Below the pieces are notes generated by a model, which had not been told where the DNA came from, searched no databases, and saw only the letters and a program-made list of their open reading frames with translations. DNA of 60,000 nucleotides, from positions 141,920,001 through 141,980,000 of the forward strand of contig CM059431.1 of assembly GCA_030390025.1 (NCBI GenBank), in the 5' to 3' direction. Of this stretch, positions 1 to 12,700 are shown one piece after another (within the stretch, counting starts at the first letter, position 1; each line of letters starts with the position of its first letter). Source of the stretch: Squalus acanthias (lineage: Eukaryota). The translations under genes and the position numbers were made by a program.

Positions 1-94
1 GACTTCGGTGCGCTGAAGATTCTCCCCAGCATTTTTGTAATAAAGTGTTCCCGTATTGCAGCCTATCCGTGACTCCGAGTGGTTTCTTTCCACA
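1..94 (+). mobile_element. Possible 3' end of an LTR (R/U5), truncated by the window start
   Basis: AATAAA at 39-44, then ...GACTCCGAGTGGTTTCTTTCCACA ending in CA just before the satellite begins; only the end is visible. Confidence 0.3.
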
Positions 95-104
95 AAATTA
101 TACT

Positions 105-2093
105 AGGGTCTCCGCCATTAATGTTAGAGTAGGGCCAGCATCAGTTATGTTACTGTACGTTCAGCTTTCGTAATGTTAGAGTAGGGCCAGCATCAGTAAT
201 GTTATTGTACATTCAGCTTTCGCAATGTTAGAGGAAGGTCAGCAACAATAATGTTAGAGAAGAGTCACCAGCAGTAATGTTAGAGTAACGTGAGCCACCA
301 GTGATGTTAGAGTAGTGTCCCCAACAGTAAATTGATCATAGGCACAACATCAGTAATGTTAGAGTAGGGTCACCATCAGTAATGCTAGACTAGTGTCATC
401 ACCAGTAATGTTTGAACATGGTCACCAACATTTATGTTAGAGTAGTTTCAATACCAGTAACGATAGAGTAGGGTCACCACTAGTTATGATAGAACGGGGT
501 AAACACCAGTAATATTAGATTAGATTCACCAACAATAATGTTAGTGTAGAGTCACCACCAATAATGTGAGAGTCGGGCCACCACCAGTGAAGTTAGATCA
601 GAGTCACCACCAGTAATGATAGAGAAACCTCGCCACCAGTAATGTTGGAGTACGATCACCGCCAGTAAGGTTAGAGTAGGGTCACCACCAGTAATATTAG
701 AGTAGTGTCACCAACAGTAATGTTAGAGTAGTTTCAACACCAGTAACGATAGAGTAGGGTCACCATCAGTTATGCTAGAGCAGGGTAAACAACAGTAAGG
801 TTAGAGTAGAGTCACCACCAATAATGTTCGAATAGTGACATCTTCACTAATGTTAGAGTAGAGTTACCAGCAGTAATGTTAGAGTAAAGTAAGCCACCAG
901 TAATGTTAGAGTGGGGCAACACTAGTAATGTTAAAGAAGGATCACTACCATATATGTTACAGTAGGATCACCATCAGTAACGTTATCATAGAGTCACCAC
1001 CAGTAATGTTAAAGTAGGGTCACCACTAGGAACGGTAGAGTAGGGTCACAGTCAGTTGTGTTAGAGTAGGGTCAGTAAGAGTAATGTTAAACCAGCGTCA
1101 CCACCAGTATTGTTAGATAGTTTCGCCACTAGGAACGTTAAAGTAGAGTCATTACCAGTAATGTTAGAGTGGGATCACCGCCAATAATATTAAAGTGGTG
1201 TCAACAACAGTAATGTTAGAGTATGGTCACCACCAGTAAGGATAGAGTAGTTTCACCACTGTTAGAGTAGTTTCACCACTGTTAATGTTAGATTAGAGTC
1301 ACCACCAGTAATGCTAGAGTAGGATCACCACCAATAATATTAGAGTAGGATCACCAAAAGTATTTTAGAGCAGGGTCACCACCAGTAATGTTAGAGCAGA
1401 GTCATCACCAGTATATTAGAGTAGGGTCACCACCAGTAATGTTAGAGTAGGGTCACCACGGGTAATGATAGAGTAGGTTCACCAAAAGTAATGTTGGAGT
1501 AGTGCGACCACCATTAATGTTAGAGTAGGAACACCATCAGTAATGTAAGAGTTGGGTCAACACCAATAATATTAGAGTGGGGTTAACACCATTAATGTTG
1601 GATAGTTTCACCACCAATAATGTTGAAGTAGGGTCACCAACAGCAATGACAGAGTAGGGTCACAATAAGTTATGTTAGAGTAGGTCACCAACAGTAATGT
1701 TAAATCACGGTCACCACCCGTAATGTTGGAGAAGGGTCACCGTGAGTAGTTTTAAATTAGTTTCAACATAAGAAACGGTAGAGCGAGGGCGCCAACAGTA
1801 ATGTTATAGTAGGATCAACACCCTTAACGTTAGTGTTGGTACACCACCATTAATTTTAGAGTAGGATCACCACTAATAATGTAGACGTAGTATCACTGCA
1901 ATTAATGTTAGCGTAGGGTCACCACCACTAATATTAGAGTAGGTTCACCAATAATAATATTATAGTTGGGTCACCACCAGTAATGTTGGAGTAGATTCAT
2001 CACCAGTAATGTTAGTGTAGGGTCATCGCCATTAATGTCAGAGTAGAGTCACCGCCAGTAATGATAGAGTAGGGTCACCAGCAGTAAATTAAT
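105..2093. repeat. 26-bp tandem satellite, consensus CAGTAATGTTAGAGTAGGGTCACCAC (segment 1)
   Basis: Directly visible degenerate tandem units. Confidence 0.97.
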
Positions 2094-2192
2094 ACAAAAA
2101 GAAAATACTGCAGATGCTGGAAATCTGAAATAAAAACAGAAAAAGCTGGAGATACTCAGCAGGCAAGGCAGCATCTGCAAAGAGAGAAACAG

Positions 2193-2229
2193 AGTTAACG
2201 TTTCAGGTCGATGACCTTTCGTCAGAACT
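2193..2229 (-). ncRNA. Minimal type I hammerhead ribozyme motif in the Penelope pLTR
   Basis: Minus strand AGTT-CTGACGA-A-AGGTC-ATC-GACCT-GAAA-CG-TT-AACT: intact core, 5-bp stem II, 4-bp stem I, palindromic AACGTT at stem III. Confidence 0.8.
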
Positions 2230-2540
2230 GGAAAAAAGCAGGAAACGGAACAGATTTTTAAGCAAGTGTAGAGGCTGGGAAAGGCGGGAGGGGCTGAAAG
2301 AACAAAAGGAAAGATCTGTGATAGGATAGAAGGCGGTAGAGGTTAAGAGACATTAAGAGATATTCAAGGCAAAAGGATATGGTAATGGGAGAGGTTAAGA
2401 AACAAAGGATGGTTCTAGATGAAGTGTAAATTGCGCTGGCAGAATGAAAGACAGCTGCATTGTGGGGAAGAAAAAAAAAGACAGACAAAGTGTGTGGATA
2501 AAATATATATATATATATATATATATGATAGGAGCCGAGG

Positions 2541-2861
2541 TTATGATCTGAAATTGTTGAACTCCATGTTGAGTCCAGAGGGCTGTAAAGTGCCTAATCG
2601 ATAGATGAGGTGCTGTTCCTCGAGCTTACGCTGAGCTTCCGTGAAACAATGCAAGAGGCCGAGGATGGTGAGGGAGTGGAGCGGTGAATTAAAGTGACCG
2701 GAGACCGGAAGCTCGGGGTCCCCCTTACGGACTGAATGGAGGTGTTCCGCAAAGCGGTCACCCAATCTGCATTTGCTCTCCCCAATGTACAGGAGACCAC
2801 ATCGTGAGCAGCGAATACAGTATCCTAAATTGAAAGAAGTAAAAGTAAATCGCTGTTTCAC
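2541..2861 (-). pseudogene. Penelope GIY-YIG endonuclease domain fragment
   Basis: YCIRC..C..LYIGES motif, RFAEH, HFN, terminal GLN; frameshifted relative to upstream ORF pieces. Confidence 0.85.
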
Positions 2862-3218
2862 CTGGAAGGGATGTTTGGAGCCCTGGACAGTGGGAAGGGG
2901 GGAGGTATAAGGTCATGTGTTGCATCTCCTGCGCTTGCACGGGAAGGTGCCGGGCGAAAGGGAAGGGGTGTTGGGGTGATAGAGTAGTGGACTAGGAATG
3001 CTGAAACGTGAGGTGAGGGGAAGATGCGTTTGGTGGTGGGATCACGCTGGAGGTGTCGGAAATGGAGGAGGATGATCCGTTGAATGTGGAGGCTGGTGGG
3101 ATGAAAGGTGAGGACAAGGGAAACTCTGTCGTGGTTCCAGGAGGGAGGGGTAGGAGTGAGGGCAGAAGTGCGGGAGAAAGAATGGACACGGTCAAGGGCC
3201 ATGTGAACCCCACTGTAG

Positions 3219-3320
3219 AGGGTCACAATAAGTTATGTTAGAGTATGGTCACCAACAGTAATGTTAATTCACGATCACCACCAGTAATGTTGGAGAATGG
3301 CCACCATCAGTAGTGTTAAA
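3219..3320. repeat. Four satellite units trapped between the two Penelope arms
   Basis: Matches the variant units at 1656-1757 and ~9149-9250. Confidence 0.9.
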
Positions 3321-3377
3321 TGCATCTTCCCCTCAGCTCCCCTTTCAGCATTCCGTAGGGACCGCTCCCTGTGCAAC
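3318..3377 (+). mobile_element. Penelope-like element, plus-strand arm, left piece (split by CR1)
   Basis: AAATGCATCTTCCCCTCAGCTCCCCTTTCAGCATTCC is the reverse complement of ~2995-3031. Confidence 0.8.
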
Positions 3378-3380
3378 ATG

Positions 3381-6300
3381 GTGCAGATCGGAACAAAGTG
3401 TTAAGCTGCGAGTTTGGTGAGTAAGGGAGTGAATCTTAAAGGTTAATCTCTTTTTTTAATTTACAATCTTGTGTTGTGTGCATGCAATTAGCATTTAACA
3501 TAAATTGAAATTTACTGTTTCAAGTTTTAAGTTTCTTCCAGGCTTGGGCAGGGCTAAGCCAGCTCTGTGCTGGAGAGCAGGTGAGAGCAGTTAATTAATT
3601 AACTGGTCTAATCTGGTTCTGTAACTGCCAGAGAGCTCACTTATTTAAATCTCAGCAGTATAAATAAGGGAGGCCAAAGTGCAGTTCGTCACAGAGTGCA
3701 GATCGGAACAGAGTGTTAAGCTGCTAGTTTGGTGAGCGAGGGAGTGAGGTGTTCCTTTCTTTCTCTATCTTTCTCTATCTTTGTCAGCTTCCACGAGAGC
3801 AGGAGCTAAAAAGCTGCACAAGAGGGGACAGGGAACCAGCGGTGAGTATTTCTACAGTATTTCTACATTCCAGTTGTTAAAGTAAAAGTAAGGTCTCTAG
3901 TTTAGAGTAAGTAGAGTTTCAGGGGAAGTAAGGTCCCTAGTGTATTTAATATTCTTTAATTTAAAGGCAGAAAATGGTGTAAATTAAGGGTAGGACATGG
4001 CAGGGCAGCTCGGCAGCCTGGAGTGCTCCTCTTGCGCTATGTTGGAATTCAGCGACACTTTAGGTGTCCAGGGCGAACACATGTGCAGGAAGTGTCTCCA
4101 GCTGCAGCTACTCGAAATCCGCGTTTCGGAGCTGGAGCTGCGGCTGGAGTCACTGTGGAGCATCCGCGAAGCTGAGATCTTCGTGGATAGCATGTTTAAC
4201 AAGGTGGTCACACCGCAAATAAAGAGTGCACAGGCAGACAGGGAATGGGGGACCACCAGACAGAGTAAAAGATCTAGAAAGGTAGTGCAGGAGTCCCCTG
4301 GGTACATCTCCCTCTGAAACAGATTTTCCGTTTTGGATACTGCTGGGGGAGATGGTTTCTCAGGGGAATGCAGCAAGAGCCAAATCTGTGGCACTACGAG
4401 TGGCTCAGCACAACAAGAGGGGAGGAAGAAGTGTGGCAGAGCAATAGTGATAGGAGATTCTATCGTAAGGGGAACAGATAGACGTTTCTATGGCCGCAGA
4501 CGTGACTCCAAGATGGTATGTTGCTTCCCTGGTGCCAGGGTCAAGGGTGTCACTGAACGGCTGCAGGGCATTCTGAAGGGGTAGGGCGAACAGTCAGAGG
4601 TCGTGCTTCACATTGTTACAAACGACATGGATAGAAAGAGGGATGCGGTCCTGCAACAAATATTTAGGTGGCAGTTTAAAAAGCAATACCTCAAACGTTG
4701 TAATCTCTGGATTACTCCCGGTGTGACGTGCTAGTTAGTATAAGAATAGGAGGATAGAGCAGATGAGTGCGTGGCTAAAGTGTTGGTGCAGGAGGGAGGG
4801 CTTTAGTTTCCTGGATCATTGCCTCTGCTTCTGGGGAAGGTGGGATCTGTACAAGTCACACAAGTTGCACCCGAACCAGAACGGGACCAACATCCTTGCG
4901 GGAAAGGTTTGCTAGTACTGTTGTGGGGGTTTTAAACTAACTTAGCAGAGGGATGGAAACGGAATGGAGCTATAGTAGGGGGTGATGCACAGCCAAACAT
5001 AGAAAAAAAAACAAGTCAGTCAGGAAGGCAGATCAAATATGTAACGGCACAAAGCAGTACGACAAGGCTGGATGCCATTTATTTTAATGCAAGGAGTCTT
5101 GCAAGTAAGGCAGATGAATAGAAGCTGTTGATGAACATATGGGAGTATGATACTGTTACTATCACAGAGACATGTTTGAGGGAGGGGCAGGACAGGCAGC
5201 TCAATATTCCGAGGTATAGAATCTTCAGGCGAGACAAAGGGGGGCGTAAAAGAGGAGGGGGTGTCGCAATATTAATCAACGAAGCAATTACTGCTGTAAG
5301 GAGGGAAAATATATTAGCAGGTTCCTCTAATGAGGCCATATGGGTAGAACTTAAAAACAAAAAGGGGGCAAGCACTTTGCTGGGAGTGTACTATAGGCCC
5401 CCAAACAGTCAGGCGAAATAGAGGAACAGCTATGTAGGCAAGTCTCAGAAGTGTAGAAATAATAGGGTAATAATAGTAAGGGATTTCAACTTCCCCAATA
5501 TTAACTGGGATAATAAGTGTGTGAAAGGCTTCGAGGGTGCGGAATTGTTAAAGTGAATCCAGGAGAGCTTTTTGAGCCAGCATGTAGAAAGTCCTACAAG
5601 AGAGGGGGCGGTACTGGACCTAATTCTAGGGAATTTAGCCGGGCAAGTGGTAGAAGTGACCGTAGGAGAGCATTTTGGTGACAATGACAATAATTCGGTT
5701 AGATTTAAGGTAGCCATGGAAAAGGACAAAGATGGACGGAAATAAAGATTCTAAATTGGGGGAAGACCGATTTTAATATGATAAGGCAGGATCTGGCCAA
5801 AGTGGACTGGGATCAGCTATTTGCAGGAAAATCCACAAATGAGCAGTGGGAGTTTTTCAGAAAGGAAATAGAGAGTACAACGCCAACATGTTCCCGTAAA
5901 GGTCAAGGGTGGGACCAACAAGCCCAGGGAACCCTGGATGTCCAGGGATATACAAGAATGGATTAGGAAAAAAACGGAGGCTTTTGGCAGATACAAAGGA
6001 CTAAAAACAGTGGAAGCCCTAGAGGAGTATAGAACGTGCAGGGGGGTACTTAAAATGAAATTAGGAGAGCGAAGAGGGGGCATGGAAAAACACTGGCGGG
6101 CAAAAGAAAGGAAAATCCCAAGGTGTTTTATAAGTATATTAAGGGCAAGAGGATAACCAGGGAAAGAGTAGGGCCCATTAGGGACCAAAGTGGCAATCTG
6201 TCTGTAGAGTCGGAAGATGTAGGTGACGTTTTAAATGAATATTTTGCATCTGTGTTCACTATGGAGAAGGACGATGTAGGCATATAAATCAAGCAGGGGG

Positions 6301-7950
6301 ATTGTGATATACGTGAACAAATTATTATTGAGAGGGAGGCGGTACTAGCGGTTTTAGCGGGCTTAAAAGAGGATAAATCCCCAGGCCCAGACGAGATGTA
6401 TCCCAGGCTGCTGTGTGAGGCAAGGGAGGAGATTGCAGGGGCTCTGACACACATTTTCAAAACCTCTCTGGCCACAGGGAGATGCCGGAGGACTGGAGAA
6501 CAGCTAACGTAGTACCATTATTCAAGAAGGTTAGTAGGGATAAACAAGGGAATTCCAGGCCAGTGTGCCTAGCATCAGTGGTAGGGAAATTATTGGAAAA
6601 AATTCTGCGGGAAAGAGTTAGTCTCCACTTGGAGAGGCAAGGATCAAACAAGGATAGTCAGCATGGTTTTTTCAGGGGGAGATGATGTCTGACCAATTTG
6701 ATTGAATTTTTCGAGGAGGTGACTAGGTGTGTGGATGAGGGTAGTGTAGTTGATGTGGTCTACATGGACTTCAGTAAGGCTTTTGACAAGGTCCCGCAAG
6801 GGAGACTGATCAAGAACGTAAGAACCCATGGGATCCAGGGCAACTTGGAACATTGGATCCAAAATTGGCTTAGTGGCAGGAGCCAGAGGGTGATGGTCGA
6901 AGGTTGTTTTTGTGACTGGAAGCCAGTGTCCAGTGGTGTACCGCATGGATCGGTGCTGGCTCCTTTGCTGTTTGTAGTGTACATTAATGATTTAGATATG
7001 AATGTCGGAGGTATGATCAGTAAGTTCGCATGTGACACGAAAATTGGTGAAGTGGTAAATAGCGAGGAGGGAAGCCTCAGGCTACAGGACGATATAGATG
7101 GGTTGGTTAGATGGGCTGAACATTGGCAAATGGTATTTAACCCTGAAAAGTGTGAGGTGATGCATTTTGGTATGACTAACAAGGCAAGGGAATAAACAAT
7201 TAATAGTAGGACCATAGGAAGGACAGAGGATCAGAGGAACCTTGGTGTGCATGTACATAGATCCCTGAAGGCAGCAGGTCAGTTAGATAAGTTGGTTAAA
7301 AAGGCATATGGGATACTTGCCTTCATTAGCCGAGGCATAGAATATAGGAGCAGGGAGATTATGATGGAGCTATACAAAACGCTGGTTAGGCCACAACTGG
7401 AATATTGTGTGCAGTTTTGGTTGCCACACTATAGGAAGGATGTGATTGCATTAGAGAGGGTGCAGAGGAGATTCACCGGGATGTTACCTGGGCTGGAGCG
7501 CTTCAGCTATGAAGAGAGCCTGAGCAGGGTGGGGCTGTTCTCCTTAGAGCAGAGAAGGCTGAGGGGGGTCCTAATTGAGGTGTTCAAAATTATGAGGGGC
7601 ATATAGAGGGTAGTTAGAAAGGAACTTTTCCCCTTAGTAGAGGGGTCAATAACCAGCGGGCATGGTTTCAAGGTAAGGGGCAGGAGGTTTAGAGGGGATT
7701 TCCGGAAAAACATTTTCACCCAGAGGGTGTTTGGAATCTGGAACTCACTGCCTGAAACAATGGTAGAGGCAGGAACCCTCAAAACATTCAAGAAACATTT
7801 AGAGGAGCACTTGAAACGCCATAGCATACAGGGCTACGGACGAAGTGCTGGAAAATGGGATTAGAATAGACAGGGCTTCATGGCCGGCCCGGACACAATG
7901 GGCCGAAGAGCCTCTTTCTGTGCTGTATAACGCTATGACTATGATTCTAT
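3381..7950 (+). mobile_element. Near full-length, decayed CR1 LINE (5' UTR, ORF1 Zn-finger/leucine zipper/SGNH esterase, ORF2 APE-RT, CTATGA tail)
   Basis: CSSC..MCRKC and IVIGDSIVRG in ORF1 pieces; YYRPP, YMDFSKAFDKV, GVPHGSVL, VRPQLEYC in broken ORF2 pieces; many stops and frameshifts. Confidence 0.95.
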
Positions 7951-8434
7951 GACACCCTAGTCTACTCCTCTAGTCAATTTACAGCCCTCTGGACTCAACA
8001 TAGAGTTCAACAATTGCAGATCATATCCTCAGCCCCTATCATTTATATATATATTTTTTATCCAGACGCTTTGTCTGTCTTTTTTTCTTCTCCCCCACAT
8101 GGCAGCTGTCTTTTAATCTGCCAGCGCAATTTACACTTCACCTAGAATCATCCTTTGTTTCTCAACACTGTCCCATTACCATCTCCTTTTGCCTTGAAAA
8201 TCCCTTAATATCTCTTAACCTCTTCCGCCTTCTATCCTATCACAGATCTTCCCTTTTGTTCTTTCATCCCCTCCCCCACTTTTCCAGCCTCTACACTTGC
8301 TTAAAAATCTGTTCCATTTTCTGCTTTTTTCCAGTTCTGACGAAATGTCATCGACCTGATACGTGGACTCTGTTTATCTCTTCACAGATGCTGCCTGACC
8401 TGCTGAGTTCCTACAGCTTTTTCTGTTTTTATAC
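7951..8434 (+). mobile_element. Penelope-like element, plus-strand arm, right piece (3' pLTR)
   Basis: 7978-8432 is a diverged reverse complement of ~2130-2589; the hammerhead at 8333-8369 has a mutated core (GATA, TG). Confidence 0.9.
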
Positions 8435-9788
8435 CAGTAAATTAATCATAGGCTCACCACAAGTAATGTTAGAATAGGGTCACCATCAGTAATGATAGAG
8501 TAGTTTCAACACCAGTAACGATAGAGTAGGGTCACCACCAGTTATGTTAGAGCATGGTAAACACCAGTAATGTTAGAGCAGAGTCACCACCAATAATGTT
8601 CGAATAGTGTCACCATCAGTAATGATACAGTAGAGTTACCAGCAGTAATGTTGGTGTAAAGTAAGCCACCAGTAATGTTAGAGTGGGGCATCACCAGTAA
8701 TGTTAGAGTGGGGCATCACCAGTAATCTTACAGAAGGATCACTACCATATATGTTACTGTATGATCACTATCAGTAAAGTTATCATACAGTCACAACCAG
8801 TAATGTTAGAGTAGGGTCACCACTAGCAATGTTAGAGTTGGATCACAGTCAGTTGTTTTAGAGTAGGGTCAGAAATAGTAATGTTCAACCAGGGACACCA
8901 CAAGTAATGTTAGATAGTTTTGCCACCAGTAACGTTAAAGTAGGGTTATTACCAGTAATGTTAGAGTAGGATCACCACCAATAATATTAGAGTAGGGTCA
9001 ACAACAGTAATGTTAGAGTAGTTTCACCACCAGTAATGTAAGAGTGCAGTCAGCACCAGCAATGTTAGTGTGGGTCACCACCATTAATGTTGGAGTCGAT
9101 TCACCAACAATAATGTTAGAGTACGGTCGCCAACAGCAATGATAGAGAAGGGTCACAATCAGTTATGACAGAGTGGGGTAAACGAAGGTAATTTTAAATC
9201 ACGGTCACCACCAGCAATGTTGGAGAATGGTCACCATCAGTCGTGTTAAATTAGTTTCACGTGGAGAAACTTTAGAGTAAGGTCACCAACAGTAACGTTA
9301 TAGTAGGATCAACACCAGTAAGGTTAGAGTTGGGATATCACGAGTAATTTTAGAGTAGGTTCATCACTTGTAATGTTAGACTAGTTTCATGACATGTACA
9401 CTGAGAATACGATCAACTTCATTAATGTTAGCGTAGGGTCATCACCAGTAATGTAAGAGTGGGGTCATCACCAGTAATGTTAGACTAGGGTCATCAGTAA
9501 TGTTACAGTCGAGACAGCACCAGTTATGTTAGAGTAGTGTCACCAGCAGTAATGTAATCTTCCGTGTCAAAGTCAGTAATGTTGGAGTAGAGTCACCACC
9601 AGTAATGTTACAGTAGGATCACCACCAGTAATGTCAGAGTAGTGTCACCACCAGTAATGTTAGAGTAGGTTCACCACCAGTACTGTGAGTGTAGAGTCAC
9701 CACCAATAATGTGAGAGTAGAGTCACCACCAGTAATGTTAGAGTTGGGTCTCCATCAGTAATGTTAGAGTAGAGTCACCACCAGTAAT
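8435..9788. repeat. 26-bp satellite (segment 2)
   Basis: Same consensus; variant order repeats segment 1. Confidence 0.97.
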
Positions 9789-12700
9789 ACATAGATACAT
9801 AGATACATAGAAGATAGGAGCAGGAGTAGGCCATCCGGCCCTTCGAGCCTGCTCCGCCATTTAATGAGATCATGGCTGATCCTCCGATTCAGTATCCCGT
9901 CCCCGCCTTCTCTCCGTAACCATTAACCCCTTTTGCCTGTAGAAATATATCTAATTCCCTCTTAAATATATTTAATGAGCTGGCGTACACTGCCCTCTGT
10001 GGCAATGAGTTCCACAGGTTCACCACCCTCTGAGTGAAGAAATTCCCCCTCATTTCTGTCCTAAATGGTTTAGCCCTTATCCTTAAATTATGTCCTCTAG
10101 TTCTGTTCTCACCCGCCAAGGGAAACATTCCTTCTGTATCTAGTCTGTCTAGACCTGTCAGAATTTTATACACTTCTATGAGGTCCGCTCTCAATCTTCT
10201 AAACTCCAGTGTGTACATCCCTAAACTACATAGTCTCTCCTCATCGGTCAATCCCGCCATTCCTGGTATCAGCCTGGTGAATCGCCGCTGCACCCCCTCC
10301 ATGGCAAGAACATCTTTCCTCAGATGAGGCGACCAAAACTGTACACAGTACTCGAGGTGTGGTCTCACCAGTGCCCTGTACAGCTGCAGCAAGGTATCCC
10401 TGTTCCTGTATTCCAACCCTTTTGCTATGAAGGCCAGCATACTGTTTGCCTTCTTGACCGCCTGTTGCACCTGCATGCTCGCCTTCAGTGACTGGTGTAC
10501 AAGAACACCCAGGTCTCTCTGTACTTCCCCCTCTCCCAATTTATTGCCATTTAAATAATAATTTGCCCTCCCGTTCCTGCACCCAAGGTGGATAACTTCG
10601 CACTTGTCCACATTATAGTGCATCTGCCATTTATCCGCCCAATCACCCAGTCTGTCCAAATCGCTCTGGAGCTTCCTGGTCTCCTCCTCTGAGCCCACCC
10701 CCCCTCCTAGTTTAGTGTCGTCTGCAAATTTGGAAATGTTGCATCCGACTCCCTGATCCAGGTCATTAATGTAAATTGTGAACAGCTGGGGACCCAGGAC
10801 AGATCCCTGCGGTACCGCACTTGTTACTGCCTGCCATTCAGAAAATGAGCCGTTTATTCCAACTCTCTGTTTTCTATCTGACAGCCAGTTCTCTATCCAC
10901 GTCAATAGTTTCCCCTTTATCCCATGAGCTTCAATTTTCCATGCTAATCTTTTATGTGGCACCTTGTCGAAGGCCTTTTGGAAGTCCAGGTACACCACAT
11001 CTACTGGCTCTCCCCCATCTATTTTACCAGTTACTCCCTCAAAAAATTCCAATAGATTAGTCAAGCACGATTTACCCTTTGTAAATCCATGTTGACTCTG
11101 TCCTATCCTGTCCCCATTTGCTAAGTGCTCCGCTATTTCATCCTTAATGATGGACTCCAGCATTTTGCCCACAACTGATGTAAGGCTTACAGGTCTGTAA
11201 TTACCTGCTTTTTCCCTACCCCCCTTTTTGAATAGTGGGGTAACGTTAGCTACCCTCCAATCCATGGGCACTGTTCCCGAGTCTAATGAATTCTGAAAAA
11301 TCATACTTAGTGCATCCGCTATCTCTAGGGCCACCTCCTTCAGTACCCTAGGATGCATGTTATCAGGCCCTGGGGATTTGTCCGCCTTCAATCCCTTTAG
11401 CTTCCTTAACAACATATCCTTAGAGATATTGAGTTGCGTCAGTTCCTCCTTTGCCAATGTCCCTATTTTTCCCGATATCCCAGGGAGGTTTTTTGTGTTT
11501 TCCTTCGTAAAGACTGACCCAAAGTATGCATTTAGTTGGTCTGCCATTTCCTTATTTCCCGTTATATATTCCCCCGTATCTGACTGCAATGGACCAACTT
11601 TGGTTTTCACCAGTCTTTTCCTCTTGATATACTTATAAAAGCTTTTGGAGTTAGTTTTTATATTTTCCGCCAGCTTGCTTTCGTAAGCTATTTTGCCCCT
11701 CTTGATTAAGCCCTTTGTCCTCCTTTGCTCTATCTTAAACTGTTCCCAATCTTCCGCTCTGGCGCTTTTTTCGGTTATTTTATACGCCCTATCTTTGGAT
11801 TTTATGCTGTCTCTAATTTCCCCTGTTATCCACGGTTGAGTCACCTTTTTAGATTTCCTTTTATGCCAGATTGGTATAAACAATTTTTGCAATTTTGTCA
11901 TTCTATCTTTAAATGCTTGCCATTGTTTATCTACCTCCAGTCCTCCCAGGAACGTTGTCCAATCAGACCTACTCAGTTCCCGTCTAATGGCATCATAATT
12001 CCCCTTGTTTAAATTCAGGACCTTAGTCTCTGAGTCAATTTCTTCGCTCTCCATTTCGAGTGAGAAATCGATCATGTTATGATCGCTCTGACCCAAGGGT
12101 CCCCGTACAACAAGATTACTAATTAGTCCCTTCTCATTGCACAGTACCCAGTCCAATATAGCCTGTTCGCGAGTTGTTACCTCGACATATTGATCCAGAT
12201 AACCATCCCTTAAACACTCAAGGAATTCCTCCTCCTCATTATTTTTACTGATTAGGCTAGTCCAATCTATATGTAAGTTAAAGTCACCTATGATGACAGC
12301 TGTGCTCTTATTGCACGCTTCTCTAATTTCCCTCGTGATGCCCTCCCCAACCTCTATTTTACTATTTGGAGGCCTATATACCACTCCTTTTAATGTTTTT
12401 CGCCCCTCGCTATTTCTTAGCTCCACCCATATAGATTCTGTATTAACTGAGTTAATATCCTTCCTTTCAATTGCATTTATCCCCTCTTTTACCAGCAATG
12501 CTACCCCTCCTCCCTTTCTTTTTTGTCGATCCTTCCTAAATGCTGAATACCCCTGTATGTTAAGCTCCCAGCCCTGCTCACCCTGCAACCATGTTTCCGT
12601 AATCCCAATTAGATCATAATTATTAACCTCTATTTCCACAGCTAATTCATCTACCTTGTTCCTGATGCTTCTCGCATTAAGGTATAAAATCCTCAGGCTT

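Larger units (their letters stand above)
2094..3218 (-). mobile_element. Penelope-like retroelement, 3' part (GIY-YIG endonuclease + 3' pLTR), 5'-truncated
   Basis: ORF 2541-2861 has YCIRCSRCGLLYIGES..RF.EH..HF..E..GLN (PLE-type GIY-YIG); upstream frames are broken; hammerhead motif in the 3' region. Confidence 0.9.

Noticed and set aside
8333..8369. Active hammerhead in the plus Penelope arm
   Set aside because: Core GAAA is GATA, the cleavage-site base is G, and stem II has a mismatch
10034..12619. Plus-strand ORFs overlapping CR1 ORF2 (and similar antisense ORFs in other CR1s)
   Set aside because: Antisense shadows of the LINE coding sequence
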